From Octopus vulgaris (lineage: Eukaryota): a DNA stretch of 64,000 nucleotides. The stretch lies in NCBI GenBank assembly GCA_951406725.2, contig OX597818.1, positions 45,880,001 through 45,944,000 on the forward strand, written 5' to 3'. A program made the translations under genes and the position numbers. This document shows, in pieces, positions 1 through 12,635 of this stretch. Below the pieces are notes generated by a model that saw nothing but the letters and a program-made list of their open reading frames with translations, did no database searches and was not told where the DNA came from. Numbering within the stretch: position 1 is the first letter of the stretch; each line of letters begins with the position of its first letter.

Positions 1-149
1 GACTGCAACAATAAGCCATACTCATTGTAATTTAAGAAGTATTAGCAACAATAACACCACCACAGCTACAACAACAACTGCTGCCACTACCACCACTCTG
101 AAGTTGATAAATATCAGTCAAGTTAGTAGTAGTAGTGGTGGTGGTGTCA

Positions 150-990
150 CTTTGATGGTATGTCCAGTCAAGAAACAATACATCCATAGGTGTGACAGAG
201 TTGGGACTTGTATATGCTAGAAGCTATACTAGCATTGTGAAATACCAACAGAAAAGAGATAGTATCAGCATACATAAGAAAAGCTCTCCAAGAATGTCAA
301 AACAATTATAACTTGGGACACATCGACACAGACAGGAGATCAAGAATAAATGACAGGACATTGTTATCAAGGCACCCAAGAAAAGAAATGCTGCCTTATC
401 AACATATCAGTCCTAACGAATGATAATGTATTGGGTTGTCCGGAAAGTTTGTGTCAATTTTTAAAGGAAAGAAAAAGGTCAATGCACAACGTATCTCCAC
501 CTTTCCTTTATCTTGAAAATACCCTCTTTACAGAATCGAGGTGGTTTCATGGCAAACAATTCATCAAGGTATCTTTTTACATCATCCAAGGAATTGAAAT
601 TTTTACCATTAAGACTATTCTGCAGAGACCTGAATAAGTGGAAATCCGAAGGAGCAATATCTGGTGAATATGGAGGGTGGGGTAACACATCCCAGCCAAG
701 CTGCAGCAATTTTTGTCTGGTTCCCAAAGCATCAAGTGCCGAAAATGAACTTTCTTACCTTCCATTTTAAAGGGTTACAGAATTAACACAGGTTATAGGA
801 ACATCAACTTTCTTTCACGAAAAAATAACTTAAACTGTACTTTAAATGGAGGTGTAGTCAAATCCTATTTTATGGACTCAACCATGTTCTAAAATAAGTC
901 AAAATGTAAGCTACTATAAATCGGCACAAACTTTCCGGACAACCCAATATCTCTCACAGAAATGGAGAAATTATCCAACTACAATAATCT
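150..990 (+). pseudogene. Decayed R4/Dong-like LINE restriction-like endonuclease fragment, split by the mariner at 431-947
   Basis: QEKKCCLINISVLTNDNV (to 430) continues in frame after the mariner as SLTEMEKLSNYNNL. This resembles the PD..D-x-K REL region of R4/Dong elements. Left boundary approximate. Confidence 0.6.
431..947 (-). mobile_element. Internally deleted mariner (Tc1/mariner) DNA transposon
   Basis: TIRs TTGGGTTGTCCGGAAAGTTTGTG / CACAAACTTTCCGGACAACCCAA with TA on both sides (429-430, 948-949). The minus strand joins the N-terminus MEGKKVHFRHLMLW to the C-terminal WDVLPHPPYSPDIAPSDFHLF (YSPDLAPxD motif); the middle of the transposase is missing. Confidence 0.92.
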
Positions 991-1196
991 GCTGCTGCTG
1001 CTGATGATGATGATAGTTTGGTGGTGATGGTGATGATGATGATGATGCTGATAAAGCATATCAACAGTATTAGTTTCACATCAATCTTATCCTTGTGTCA
1101 ATAGAGATGTTTTAGTTGAACTAGCAAGACGTCATACTTCAGAGCATTTGTGTTGGAAAAAAAACTGGACTTATATATATATATATATATATATAT

Positions 1197-1678
1197 GCAC
1201 CGGGCCTCACTGAGGCAATGGCGAAGGACCGAGATCTCTGGAGATATGCTGTGACTGCAAAGACCCGGGCTGCTTCCTGCACCAGTTCTGCATAGCCCCT
1301 GCCCATTTAAAGAACTTGGATTCCAGAACATCCCGCTGTGCTTGAGGAGACCTGTTGAGTCAATTACATGAACATCGAAATAAATATCAGTGGAAATAGT
1401 AGTTGTGATACCTGTGCCGGTGGCACATAAAAAGCACCGTCCGAGCATGGCCGTTTGCCAGCCTTATCTGGCACCTGTGTCAGTGGCACATAAAAAGCAC
1501 CCACTACACTCACGGAGTGGTTGGCATTAGGAAGGGCATCCAGCTGTAGAAACACCGCCAGATCTGACTGGCCTGGTGCAGCCTTTGGGCTTCCCAGACC
1601 CCAGTTGAACCGTCCAACCCATGCTAGCATGGAAAGCGGACGTTAAACGAAGATGATGATGATGATGATGATGATGAT
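1197..1678 (+). mobile_element. RTE-clade LINE 3' end (5'-truncated)
   Basis: ORF tail GLTEAMAKDRDLWRYAVTAKTR, then a 3' UTR with AGGAAGGGCATCCAGCTGTAGAAA and a (GAT)n tail. The same 3' module recurs at about 2787-3405(-), 9466-9724(+), 9797-10130(+), 15775-15980(+), 29643-29855(-), 35983-36505(-), 36713-37060(-), 37847-38022(+), 41758-42090(-) and 54665-55110(+). Confidence 0.8.
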
Positions 1679-2216
1679 AATGCCTGTACATAATACCAAT
1701 TTTACAAATCTATATCATTAAAGTCTCTATTTCAATATGCCACTTACAAGAAGAGATTCGTTACATAAATAAAGGCATGGTATATACATGTAGCAATCTG
1801 GGGGACGAGGAGCATGTACTTAATTGTGTGGCTAATAAAATGCCTGATATTTTAATCTAATGAATGATAATATAACAGGAAGTACAGATGTTTTTCGGAG
1901 TGACAGTGTACTAATTATAGCAACTATTGTATCGAACTGCAGTGAGGAAATAGTAGTGAACTTTGGTTTTAGGTTAAAAACAAAACAAAGAGCAGACGTT
2001 GGTTTCCTGAATAATCAAAATAAGCATTCTGGCAGAGCCATTAGGATGCTAGATAAACTATTTAGAGGCATTTCCTCATGTTTTAATCTTGCAGCTTTAT
2101 GGGTGCTGGTGCCACATAAAAAGTACCTGTACCAGTGCCATGTAAATGCATTTATGCAGGTGTTGTGTAAAAGAACTGAGTACACTCTGTAAAGTAGTTG
2201 GTATTAGTTGGTATTG

Positions 2217-2450
2217 GCGGCGAGCTAGCAGAATTGTTAGCACGTTGGGCAAAATGCTTAGCGGTATTTCGGCTGCCGTTACGTTGTGAGTTCAAATTCC
2301 GCCGAGGTCGACTTTGCCTTTCATCCTTTTGGGGTCGATAAATTAAGTACCAGTTAAGCACTGGGGTCGATATAATCGACTTAATACCTATGTCTGTCCA
2401 TGTTTGTCCCCTCTATGTTTAGCCCCTTGTGGGTAATAAAGAAATAGGTA
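2217..2450 (+). mobile_element. tRNA-derived SINE, family B
   Basis: GGCGGCGAGCTAGCAGAA head, B-box-like GAGTTCAAATTCC and conserved core GCCTTTCATCCTTTTGGGGTCGATAAATTAAGTACCAG. Other copies at about 3780-3975(-), 3976-4207(-), 30985-31212(-), plus a split copy at 46043-46145 + 55309-55426(-). Confidence 0.8.
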
Positions 2451-4345
2451 TTAGGTAGGGCATCCGATCATGGAAACCAGGCCAAAACAGACAACTGGAA
2501 TCTAGACAGTTCTTCAGTTGACCAGCTCCTGTCAAACCATCCAACTCATGCCAGCATAGAAAATGGACATTAAATGATGATGATAATGATGGTTAAGCTA
2601 AAATCATTAAAAAGAATGCCAACCATTTTACAGAGTGTACTCAATCGATTTTCTCATAGTACCAACAGAAGAGAAAGTCCTTGGTGAAACAACTAAAGGG
2701 ACTTTATAAATCTACACTTTCTTTGCCCATAAAGCCAACCAACGAACAATGTGAACACTATTGGGGTTGGGGTGGGGGATCTGGTGTCATCATCATCATC
2801 GTTTAACGTCTGCTTTCCATGCTAGCATGGGTTGGGCGATTTGACTGAGGACTGGCGAACCAGATGGCTGCACCAGACTCCAATCTTGATCTGGCAGAGT
2901 TTCTACAGCTGGATGCCCTTCCTAACGCTCATCACTCCAAGAGTGTAGTGGGTGCTTTTACGTGCCACTGGCACGAGGGCCAGTCAGGTGGTACTGGCAA
3001 CGGCCATGTTCAAATGGTGCTTTTTATGTGCCACCTGCACAGGAGCCAGTCCAGTGGTACTGGCAACAACTTCGCTCGAATGTTTCTTCACGTACCACTG
3101 GCACAAGTGCCAGTAAGGCAGCGCTGGTAACGATCACACTCGAATGGTGCTTTTTACATGCCACTGGCACGGAAGCCAGTTGCTGCTCTGGCAACAATCA
3201 TGCTCGTATGGTGCTCTTAGCGCTCCACTAGCACGGATGCCAGTCATCAAATTTGATTTCGATTTTAATTTCACTTGCCTCAACAGGTCTTTGCAAGCAG
3301 AGCTTAGTGTCCAATGAAGGAAAGGTACACATAAGTGGGCTGGTTACACTCCTGGCATAGGCCACAAAGTTATGGTCTGACTTGGCTTGCCGGGTCTTCT
3401 CATAGTAAATCTGGAAAGGGAATAATGACCACAGGAAAGCTAGGGGGGGGTGAAATAAATGTAGGTAAAAAATATGAAATGAATTTAGGCATGTATATTT
3501 GCACAAGTAACCAAGGAGGAGAAATGAAGAGAAAGAACAATAACATCTGAAGGACCATAATGGGTGTGATGATAGAAGGAACAAGAGTATGATGGGAAGA
3601 AGGTAGGAATATGTAGAGTTGCCAGGGAGAGGGGAGTGACTGACTATAGCAGGTGGAGAGAAATAGAGGTTGGATATATGATAACGGTGAGAATGAGGAG
3701 TGGTAATAAAAGGAGTTGAGAGGAGAGATAGAGCACTGGTTGGCAGTTCTATTTAAGCTTTTACAAAAATTGTGATTTCAAATTTTGGTACAAAGCTAGC
3801 AATTTCATGACAGGGGTTAAGATGATAACATCAACCCCTGTGTTGAACTGGTACTTATTTAATCAAAGGATGAAAGGCAAAGTCAACCTTGACAGAATTT
3901 GAACTCACAACATAAAGAAGGACAAAATGCCACTAAGCATTTTGCCTGGTGTGCTAACAATTCTGCCAGCTCACCTATTTCTTTGCTACCCACAAGGGGC
4001 TAAACACAGAGAGGACAAACAAGGACAGACAAATGGATCAAGTCGATTACATCGACCCCATTGCGTAACTGGTACTTAATTTATTGACCCCGAAAGGATG
4101 AAAGGCAAAGTCGACCTCGGCGGAATTTGAACCCAGAACGTAGCGGCAGACGAAATACCGCTAAGCATTTCATTCGGCACGCTAATGTTTCTGCCAGCTC
4201 GCCGCCTTTACAAAAATAATATAAAATGTTAGTCAGGCCAGCTTCTGTATGTTGGATATATCAGCCAAATTTCAATTTAACCACACCCTACCAGTTTAAG
4301 GAAGGAAAGGACACATTGGAAAATGCTGCCCTAGACATACTTTAA

Positions 4346-4566
4346 CCCTTTCATTACTACATTTATTTTGAGGTGCTCTGTGTTTCTTTCAATTACTTTA
4401 AATATAACAAATAATTTAGTAAAATAACTTAGTTATCATTCAGCTAGTGTTAGGAACATAAATTATGATTAAGGGTTAGTGGAAGATTTTAATTCAAAAC
4501 TTATGGAAACAAGACACTTGTACTACAGAACCAGAGCCGGTTTCAGCCAGGTTAGTATTGAAAGGG
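4346..4566. mobile_element. piggyBac-like MITE (family 1)
   Basis: TTAA|CCCTTTCA...TGAAAGGG|TTAA termini. Related copies at 22009-22230 and partial ones at 44170-44292 and 44920-45136. Confidence 0.75.
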
Positions 4567-4868
4567 TTAAAGAATGAATGCCTTACACACATTTCTTACT
4601 TTCACTTGAATTATCCATGTGGCAAACAGTGACAAAAAGTTGAGTCAGCCTTCAAAACAGCCTTTAGCTAGGTCATGACAACTTATTGTTTTTCAGCAAT
4701 ACAGAGATACAATCACAACATATATCAAAGAGGATGAAGTAACATTCTTGTACTTCACCCTTTTTCATCATAAACAATATGCAGTTAAAACCCCCAAGTT
4801 CACAACTACTAGACTTTACAATGCTCTAATGTCCTGAGGATCTCTCAATATAGTTTTACATAAACAGA

Positions 4869-5365
4869 ACATTTCTACAACTGTATCCTAAACGCTTAGC
4901 TTCTTTATCAGTGTCAGAGAATAATTCATCCCTGACCAGTTACTAATAAAAGATTTGTAGCAGCAGCATGAGCGCTCTTGAACTTTAGCTGCCTACATTG
5001 TAGCTTTTTACTTTTAACCACCTATTTTGGTTTACATTTCTACAACTGTATCCTAAACGCTTAGCTTCTTTATCAGTGTCAGAGAATAATTCATCCCTGA
5101 CCAGTTACTAATAAAAGATTTGTAGCAGCAGCATGAGCGCTCTTGAACTTTAGCTGCCCACATTGTAGCTTTTTACTTTTAACCACCTATTTTGGTTTAC
5201 ATTTCTACAACTGTATCCTAAACGCTTAGCTTCTTTATCAGTGTCAGAGAATAATTCATCCCTGACCACTTACTAATAAAAGATTTGTAGCAGCAGCATG
5301 AGCGCTCTTGAACTTTAGCAGCCCACATTGCAGCTTTTTACTTTTAATCACCTATTTTGGTTTAC
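4869..5365. repeat. 165-bp tandem repeat, 3 near-identical copies
   Basis: ACATTTCTACAACTGTATCC starts at 4869, 5034 and 5199 (period 165). Confidence 0.95.
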
Positions 5366-7053
5366 CATGTGATGGTTGGATCCATTTAGTTTTACTTGGA
5401 CCACCCACACCTTTAATGTGATGGGCTAGCCTAACGTCTTTCCCTCAGTTATAAAAGGGAAGTTTTGGCCCGCTAAGTCCCTAGGGAGGAGAGCTTTGCT
5501 ATGAGTGACCTGGGACCTTGATGTGAAAGCAATCTTGATTTCATTTTGCAGTTTTCAGTTTGAACATATTTCAAACCAGAAACCATGACATTATGCTTAG
5601 CAATAGAATGCTGAATTTCAGGTTTTTCTCTCACCTTTATATATTCATTTTTATGAGCATTTAAATCTATATAATGTTTAGACAAATATAATGTCCAGCC
5701 AGTTTGTTGTATCAAACAAATTTCAGCAATAGTAATAAATATTCCTTTGCAGTCTATTGTAACATGTCTCTGAATTCATTTATTATTATCCATCTGGTAT
5801 TCATTTAACAGAAGACATAATATACCAGACTTCACTGTAATTCATATATTTATAACATACACACTTACAGCTTCGATTTTATTATTTTCAAACAAGAATA
5901 TGCTAGTTTTATCAAGATAAATCACAGTATTCATTCTCTAGCAACAATATTCCTTCTCTAGTGAATTAATTTTTAATAAGAAGATTGAATGAGTGAAAGA
6001 TGTACTCTAAAAAAAAAGTCTATACATTGTGTTTAACTCTTCCCAATGCTAATTAATGTAAAAGAAATGTGGTATGAAAAGAGTAAGATGAAAAAAATAA
6101 ACATTTATTATGAAACTATATGTAAAAACGAGGGTAAAAATCATTTGGCTACAGTTTTCTTCAATACAAGAGATGGAAATTTCTAATTAAAATATTCCAG
6201 GTAACATTAGAAAGATAATTAAAACTGTTAATCCTCTATTTCATTTGCTCATTCCTGACAATGAATCTTTAAAGAGACTCCTTTTGGAGCTTAAGTACAA
6301 AATTAGATTCTGTTTTTTTGCTTTGTTCATTTCATAAATCTGTTTCATCAAAGATCTGTCTTCCTTAATATGAGATCTTAAATTCTCATTAATTACTCAT
6401 AAGCAAAACATTATTATAAGAGATAAGAGAGTTAAGCCTACTAATTAGTCATGTTATCTTGGATCAAATTTAATTAAAAAAATAAAAACAATAAATGCAA
6501 TATTTTTTTAAGTGATTAAACAACTATCTTCCAAGTCCCAAAATACAAACTGGGAAAAAATACTTGTTATGACATGACTGGATACTACAGATACATTATT
6601 AAAATAAGTGAAAAAACAAAGAAAATATAATGATGGGTCATAATAATGAGGGAACTTGATACAAGACAAATAATGACATCAGTGATAGATACAGTCCAAA
6701 TCTATGACATCCTGCTAGATAAGTGGACATGCTCGATTATATGGGCTCTCTGAAGCAAGAATGTAACAGGTGAAACCATGATAAAGAGATGAATTGCAAA
6801 GACAATAGTACAATTAGTAAAGATGAATAAGACCTGGAACAACAAGAATATTGCAACAAAAAACTGAGGATTATACACTTAATAATAAATGAAAAGTGTT
6901 GTGTAGTGTATGAAGGAGGAAATGTGAGGAAGAGAAGAGATGTGGAGATGTAGATTGGTTTGTAGGGGTAGGGTGAGTGAAATGTTTTCTTGCTATGTGT
7001 GGGTGGAACACACAAGTTGAGGGCTAACAGATAGCAATAATACAGTGACAGGG

Positions 7054-8222
7054 TGTGAGGGTAGAAACTCTCACTCCCTAATCCTGTCCTCACGGCAATA
7101 GAACACAAGTGGAATGACAACAAGATTTCTTTTTGAGATATATACATTATTTATTTCACATATTTTACAATCATGCTGATGTTGGAAGTTTGTAAGTGTT
7201 AGCATGTTCTTGTGTCCGTGAGCGCGACAGAGCAAATCAGGTGAATGTGATTGACATAGAAAAGTACCTGATGGTGGAGGCAGCGAATATAGTAGGCTTC
7301 TTGTGTTGTTTGTATTGACATAGCAACAGATAGTAGCAGATGGCTTAAGGTAGTTCTTAGAAGAACTAGAACTCAAGACAGATAATTGATTTACCGTTTA
7401 TGAGGTACACGGAGTGTAAGAGTTCCATATCAAGATGTTGTGTCTCGTAGTTGAGATTAATTGAATCACTTGTTGTGTTTTATCTTTCTCTTGATATGAA
7501 TATACTTCCAGATATATTAACTGTAGCCGTTTTTCCCGTGGTGAGATTTTCACCTAACCGCTAGAGTTGAATCTGTAGTTGTCTTGTGTACAAATTAAAT
7601 CTTCGTAGATAGAGACGATGTTTGGCGATGAGTTGTGTCTGTTGCTCGGTTTTTGCTGCGTCTTCATTATATATTCTGCTTGGTTATTTTTCTCTAGTTA
7701 TAGATATCCTGTAACCGTTCTTTTCGTGGTGATATTTTCACACTAACAGTATGAGAGGAATCTGTAACATCTTGTGTACAAGCTAAATCTTTGTGGATAG
7801 TCATGCTTGGTGATCGCCTGCCTGTTGGTATGCTCTGTGTGGTCAGAGGTCCGCCCTGAAAAGGACTGTAACCTAAGACGAGCTCTGTGGTCAGAGGTTT
7901 AGCTCTGAAAAGGACTAAAAACCTAAGACGAGCTCTGTGGTCAGAGGTTAGTTCTGAAAAGAACTAAAAGCCTAAGACGAATATTTGTCTGAGAACCCTT
8001 CTTTATATAAGGTTTATGTGGCTCAAACGAACTTCAGAAAGGAAAAGCTGTGATTGGCTGCTTGGAACAAATGGGGCGAAAATAAGCGGAGGCAAATCGC
8101 GTCACGTGACAACCAGCGGTGCGAACGTAGTAGGGACCACTCGTGTCACATGTCAATCAGTGGTGCGAAAATAGGTAGAGACAAATCGCGTCACGTGTCA
8201 ACCAATCGAATTAGTGTTTACA
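7054..8222 (-). mobile_element. Probable solo LTR
   Basis: On the minus strand it begins TGTAAAC, then has CpG-rich ~45-bp repeats with CACGTG (8090-8210), a TATA-like TATATAAA (~8003-8010), three ~47-bp repeats (7830-7980) and AATAAA (~7150), and ends ...CTCACA. No matching TSD found, so the boundaries are uncertain. Confidence 0.5.
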
Positions 8223-8629
8223 ACAAACGTTAAACTAGCCGAAGATGTTTGTAATCTCGAACGAGATTATTCTTAATACTCTTCTCAAACAGTGAAGATA
8301 GCAATGAGGGAAATGATATTGCTACACTAGCATGGAAGGCAGACGTTAAATGACGATGATGATGATGATGATGATGATGATGCTGTATAAATGTGAGATG
8401 CTCTAGCACTTCCATCCTGGAGTTCAGGTGGCCTCCTGGTATGTGTGAGTTCATTACGATGATATATCTTTCTGCTATACAATTTACATAGTTTTGTCCT
8501 ATTGTGGTAGGATATACACATATTCATATACATATTTATATATATGCATATATATATGTGTGTGTGTATATATATACATACGTATTTATATATATATATA
8601 TAAACATATTTACATGCATATTTATATTC

Positions 8630-8687
<58 letters not shown>

Positions 8688-8696
8688 ATTCCCTAA

Positions 8697-8733
<37 letters not shown>

Positions 8734-8957
8734 TTATCTTTTATTAAACTTTTAATACTTTTGATATATATTTAAAATAATATAAATTATTTAATTTTAT
8801 GTATTGGCTTATGTTTTTCATTGTTTGATTTGCCTAATAGTGGTTTTATCTCTAATTTAATATAATATAATATAATATATTTATACTATAAAATTGGATT
8901 TAATCCTAAATCTGATTTTTCCCTGTAAGTTTGGATTTATTCCTTAATATTTTATTA

Positions 8958-9004
<47 letters not shown>

Positions 9005-9025
9005 GTATATATATATATGTATATA

Positions 9026-9069
<44 letters not shown>

Positions 9070-9390
9070 TAGTGTTATATATTGATCACTCTATAGTTAA
9101 TCCAAGATCAACCACGAAAAATACATGTTTCCCATGAAAGCCGGTACGACTATTAATTATATATATATATATATACTTTATTTTTCTGGGAACCCACTTT
9201 AAAGTAGAAGGAATAGCTAAGATTTTTTGACTCCTATTTCTAAACTTCAGTATGTGGTGAAGCAAATCGTTGCTGAACCCTAATTATAAAGTATTACTTA
9301 AGCTTACCATGAAATGGTCCTTTTCATGCCGAATTCTACTTGGTGAAATTACTGATTACTTCTTAATTAATTAATTTCACCCTTTGTTAT

Positions 9391-9428
<38 letters not shown>

Positions 9429-9753
9429 TATTTACATGCATATTTACATACATATTTATATATATGGCACCTGTGCTGTTGGCATGTGTAAAAAGATTCG
9501 AGCGAGGTCATTGCCAGTACCGCCTGACTGGCCCCTGTGCCGGTGGCACGTAAAAGCACCCACTACACTCTCGGGGTGGTTGGCGTTAGGAAGGGCATCC
9601 ACCTGTAGAAACTCTGCCAGATCAAGACTGGAGCCTGGTGCAGCCATCTAGTTTGCCAGCCCTCAGTCAAACCGTCCAGCCCACGCTACCATGGAAAGCA
9701 GACGTTAAATGATGATGATGATGATATATATACATACATATTTATATATATAT

Positions 9754-9799
<46 letters not shown>

Positions 9800-10152
9800 T
9801 GGCCGGTTGCCAGCTCTGTCTGGCCCCGTGTCGGTGGCACGTAAAAGCACCATCCGTTCGTGTCCGTTGCCAGCATCGCCTGGCCCCGTGCCGGTGACAC
9901 GTAAAAGCACCATCCGTTCGTGGCCGTTCGCCAGCTCTGTCTGGCACCTGTGCAGGTGGCACGTAAAAAACACCCACTACACTCGCGGAGTGGTTGGCGT
10001 TAGGAAGGGCATCCAGCCGTAGAAACACTGCCAGATCTGACTGGGCCTGACGAAGCCTTCCAGCTTCACAGACCCCAGTTGACCCGTCCAACCCATGCTA
10101 GCATGGAAAGCGGACGCTAAACGATGATGATATATATATACATATATATACA

Positions 10153-10206
<54 letters not shown>

Positions 10207-10308
10207 CATATCTATATATATATATACATACATACATATTTATATTTATATATATATATATATACATGCATATTTATATTTATATATATATATATATACA
10301 TACATATT

Positions 10309-10339
<31 letters not shown>

Positions 10340-10821
10340 CAAACATGTTTATATGTATATATATATATATACATACATACATGCATACATACATATTTAT
10401 AAATAAATATATATATATACAAACATGTTTATATATATATATTGTTGTTGTTGGCATCCTTTTTGTCTCGGAAAACAATGGAGTTGCGCATAAAATAATC
10501 TCTAGTCCGGCTTTTACATTTCATGTCCTAATACATCTGCTATGGCTGTGTAGTCCTATCCTGGACAAACACTTCCTCTGCCAGGCGCTGCAAATGTAGC
10601 AAAGACTTATGCCTGGTTAGTTGTAATGTCGTAGTTTCTTGTTGACATCTTTTGTCTTTCCATTTCTCCTTTAAGTATTATTTCGTGATGTGCAAACTGA
10701 TACCGTGAGCTTATTGTCAGATATACTCATTAGGTTATTTTTGTATTATCTGAAATAGAATACCCGCATATCGATTAATCCCCCAAAATTGAACATATAT
10801 ATATATATATATATATATATC

Positions 10822-11124
10822 ATGATCACGTGACTGACCCGACCATCAGATGTTGCTACACATCGCTGGTCACAATGTGCTTCACATTGTTTTAGCCTTA
10901 AATGACGCTACCCCGCTGGCTAAGCGAGCAGGCCAACAGAAGAAAGAGTAAGAGAAAGTTGTGGTGAAAGAGTACAGCAGAGATCACCACCACCCCCTGC
11001 CAGAGCCTCGTGGAGCTTTAGATGTTTTCGCTCAATAACACTCACAATGCCCGGTCTGGGAATCGAAACCGCGATCCTACGGCCGCGAGTCCACTGCCCT
11101 AACCACTAGGCCATTGTGCCTCCA
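10822..11124 (-). mobile_element. tRNA-derived SINE, family D
   Basis: Head GGAGGCACAATGGCCTAGTGGTTAGGGCAG (A box) and GGTTTCGATTCCC (B box). Other copies at 21207-21478(+), 40051-40370(+) and 63027-63243(+, headless). Confidence 0.8.
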
Positions 11125-11177
11125 CATATATATATATATATATACACATATATATATACATGTGTGTGTGTGTGTAT

Positions 11178-11890
11178 ATATATATATACAAGCAAAATGC
11201 CTCCTGTCCAATGGCCGGTGCTGAGTTGTCAAACATTTAAACCAAATTTTCTCAAAACAACTTGTCCGACCGTCCCATAGGCTTCCCCTTTGAGAAACAT
11301 TGATTTAACCTAAATTTGAGACACCAGCAAAAGAAGAAATAAAGATAGACATTTTTTTCTATTCCAAAGAAAAACGATTTTATTCACACAAATATGTAAC
11401 CGAAGAGTTTAAAGTACCAGTAACGATAAGGCTGTTGACTGGGAGAACACAAACATGGTTTAAACAGTAAGCTTGGCATGAAAGAAACGTGCCTTTAAGC
11501 AGTACAAAAACAACAAAAAAGGGAAGGGGCAGTTATGTACAGGTTGACGGAAGAAAAGCAGGACCAAAATGATGCATGCAAATGGGTTAGCTGGAGGTAA
11601 ATCTAGATGGAAAAGCATGATGTTTTTTTGCGCAAACTGCACATGCATTTTTCTTGCATACGCGTAGTATCGATCGCAACAGCTGATCTACTTGCACATA
11701 CTAATGGACTTTCCCACGCCTTTATCGATCACATTCTCACCTGGAATCGATTTTTGTAATTTTTTCAAGACTTATACATGCCCTGATACCGTCAGTATCT
11801 AGATATCAAATCTGAACGCAATCGGATGGAGGATGCCCGAGATCCTAGAAGACAACACACAGAGAGACAACGGATTTTATATTATATATA
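11178..11890 (-). mobile_element. Possible non-autonomous Helitron-like element
   Basis: Minus strand starts ...TATATAATATAAAATCCGTTGTCTCTCTGTGTG and ends ...GGCATTTTGCTTGT after a GC-rich subterminal segment; same layout as the element at 24208-24699. Confidence 0.45.
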
Positions 11891-11980
11891 TATGTATGTA
11901 TGTATTTATATATATATATGTGTGTGTGTGTGTGTGCATATATATATGTGTGTGTATGTGTATATATATATATGTGTGTG

Positions 11981-12021
<41 letters not shown>

Positions 12022-12024
12022 ATG

Positions 12025-12079
<55 letters not shown>

Positions 12080-12454
12080 GTACATATATTTATGCTACTA
12101 ATATAGGATGAAAGTTTTTACAGAAAAAATTTCAAGAAGTGACAGCATATTAAAATACCTTTAAAGGTTAAAATTATAAACAACTTATAAACAAGGGCAA
12201 AAGAAAATTATTTCCATGCCAATATGCTGATAATAGACTTTTAAATCATCAATTTCCACATATTATATACTCACTACAGAAATACTGTTAATATTTTATT
12301 TAAACAATCCAAGGGAAATAATCCATACCACCTGCAGTTTTTAGCAAAGGGATCAATATTTAACTCTCGCAATCAGCCAACCTAACTCTGCATTTCACTA
12401 ATCAGTTTTGAACTACTAAACATTATTATTGCACTTCCTTCATTTGAATCTGGA

Positions 12455-12635
12455 CACCCCAATACTGTTACCCACTCAGAAGAATTTGTAGCTATGCTCT
12501 TTACTTGTGAGGAATCTGTCTGAAGCTCCAATCCATCTTACCCTCTGTACACAACACACATCTACTTGCTTCCAGTCCAGCATCTCTACAATCTCTCCAC
12601 ACCTAATTTTCATTACAGCAACATTAATGGTAGTA
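12455..12635 (-). pseudogene. RTE LINE AP-endonuclease fragment
   Basis: TINVAVMKIRCGEIVEMLDWKQVDVCCVQRVRWIG resembles the N-terminal (T/S)xNV...D(V/I)xxxQE motifs of the LINE EEP endonuclease. Confidence 0.65.

Noticed and set aside
5473-5715. 80-aa minus-strand ORF in unique sequence
   Set aside because: No recognisable similarity to ABCA or other families and no clear splice pair.
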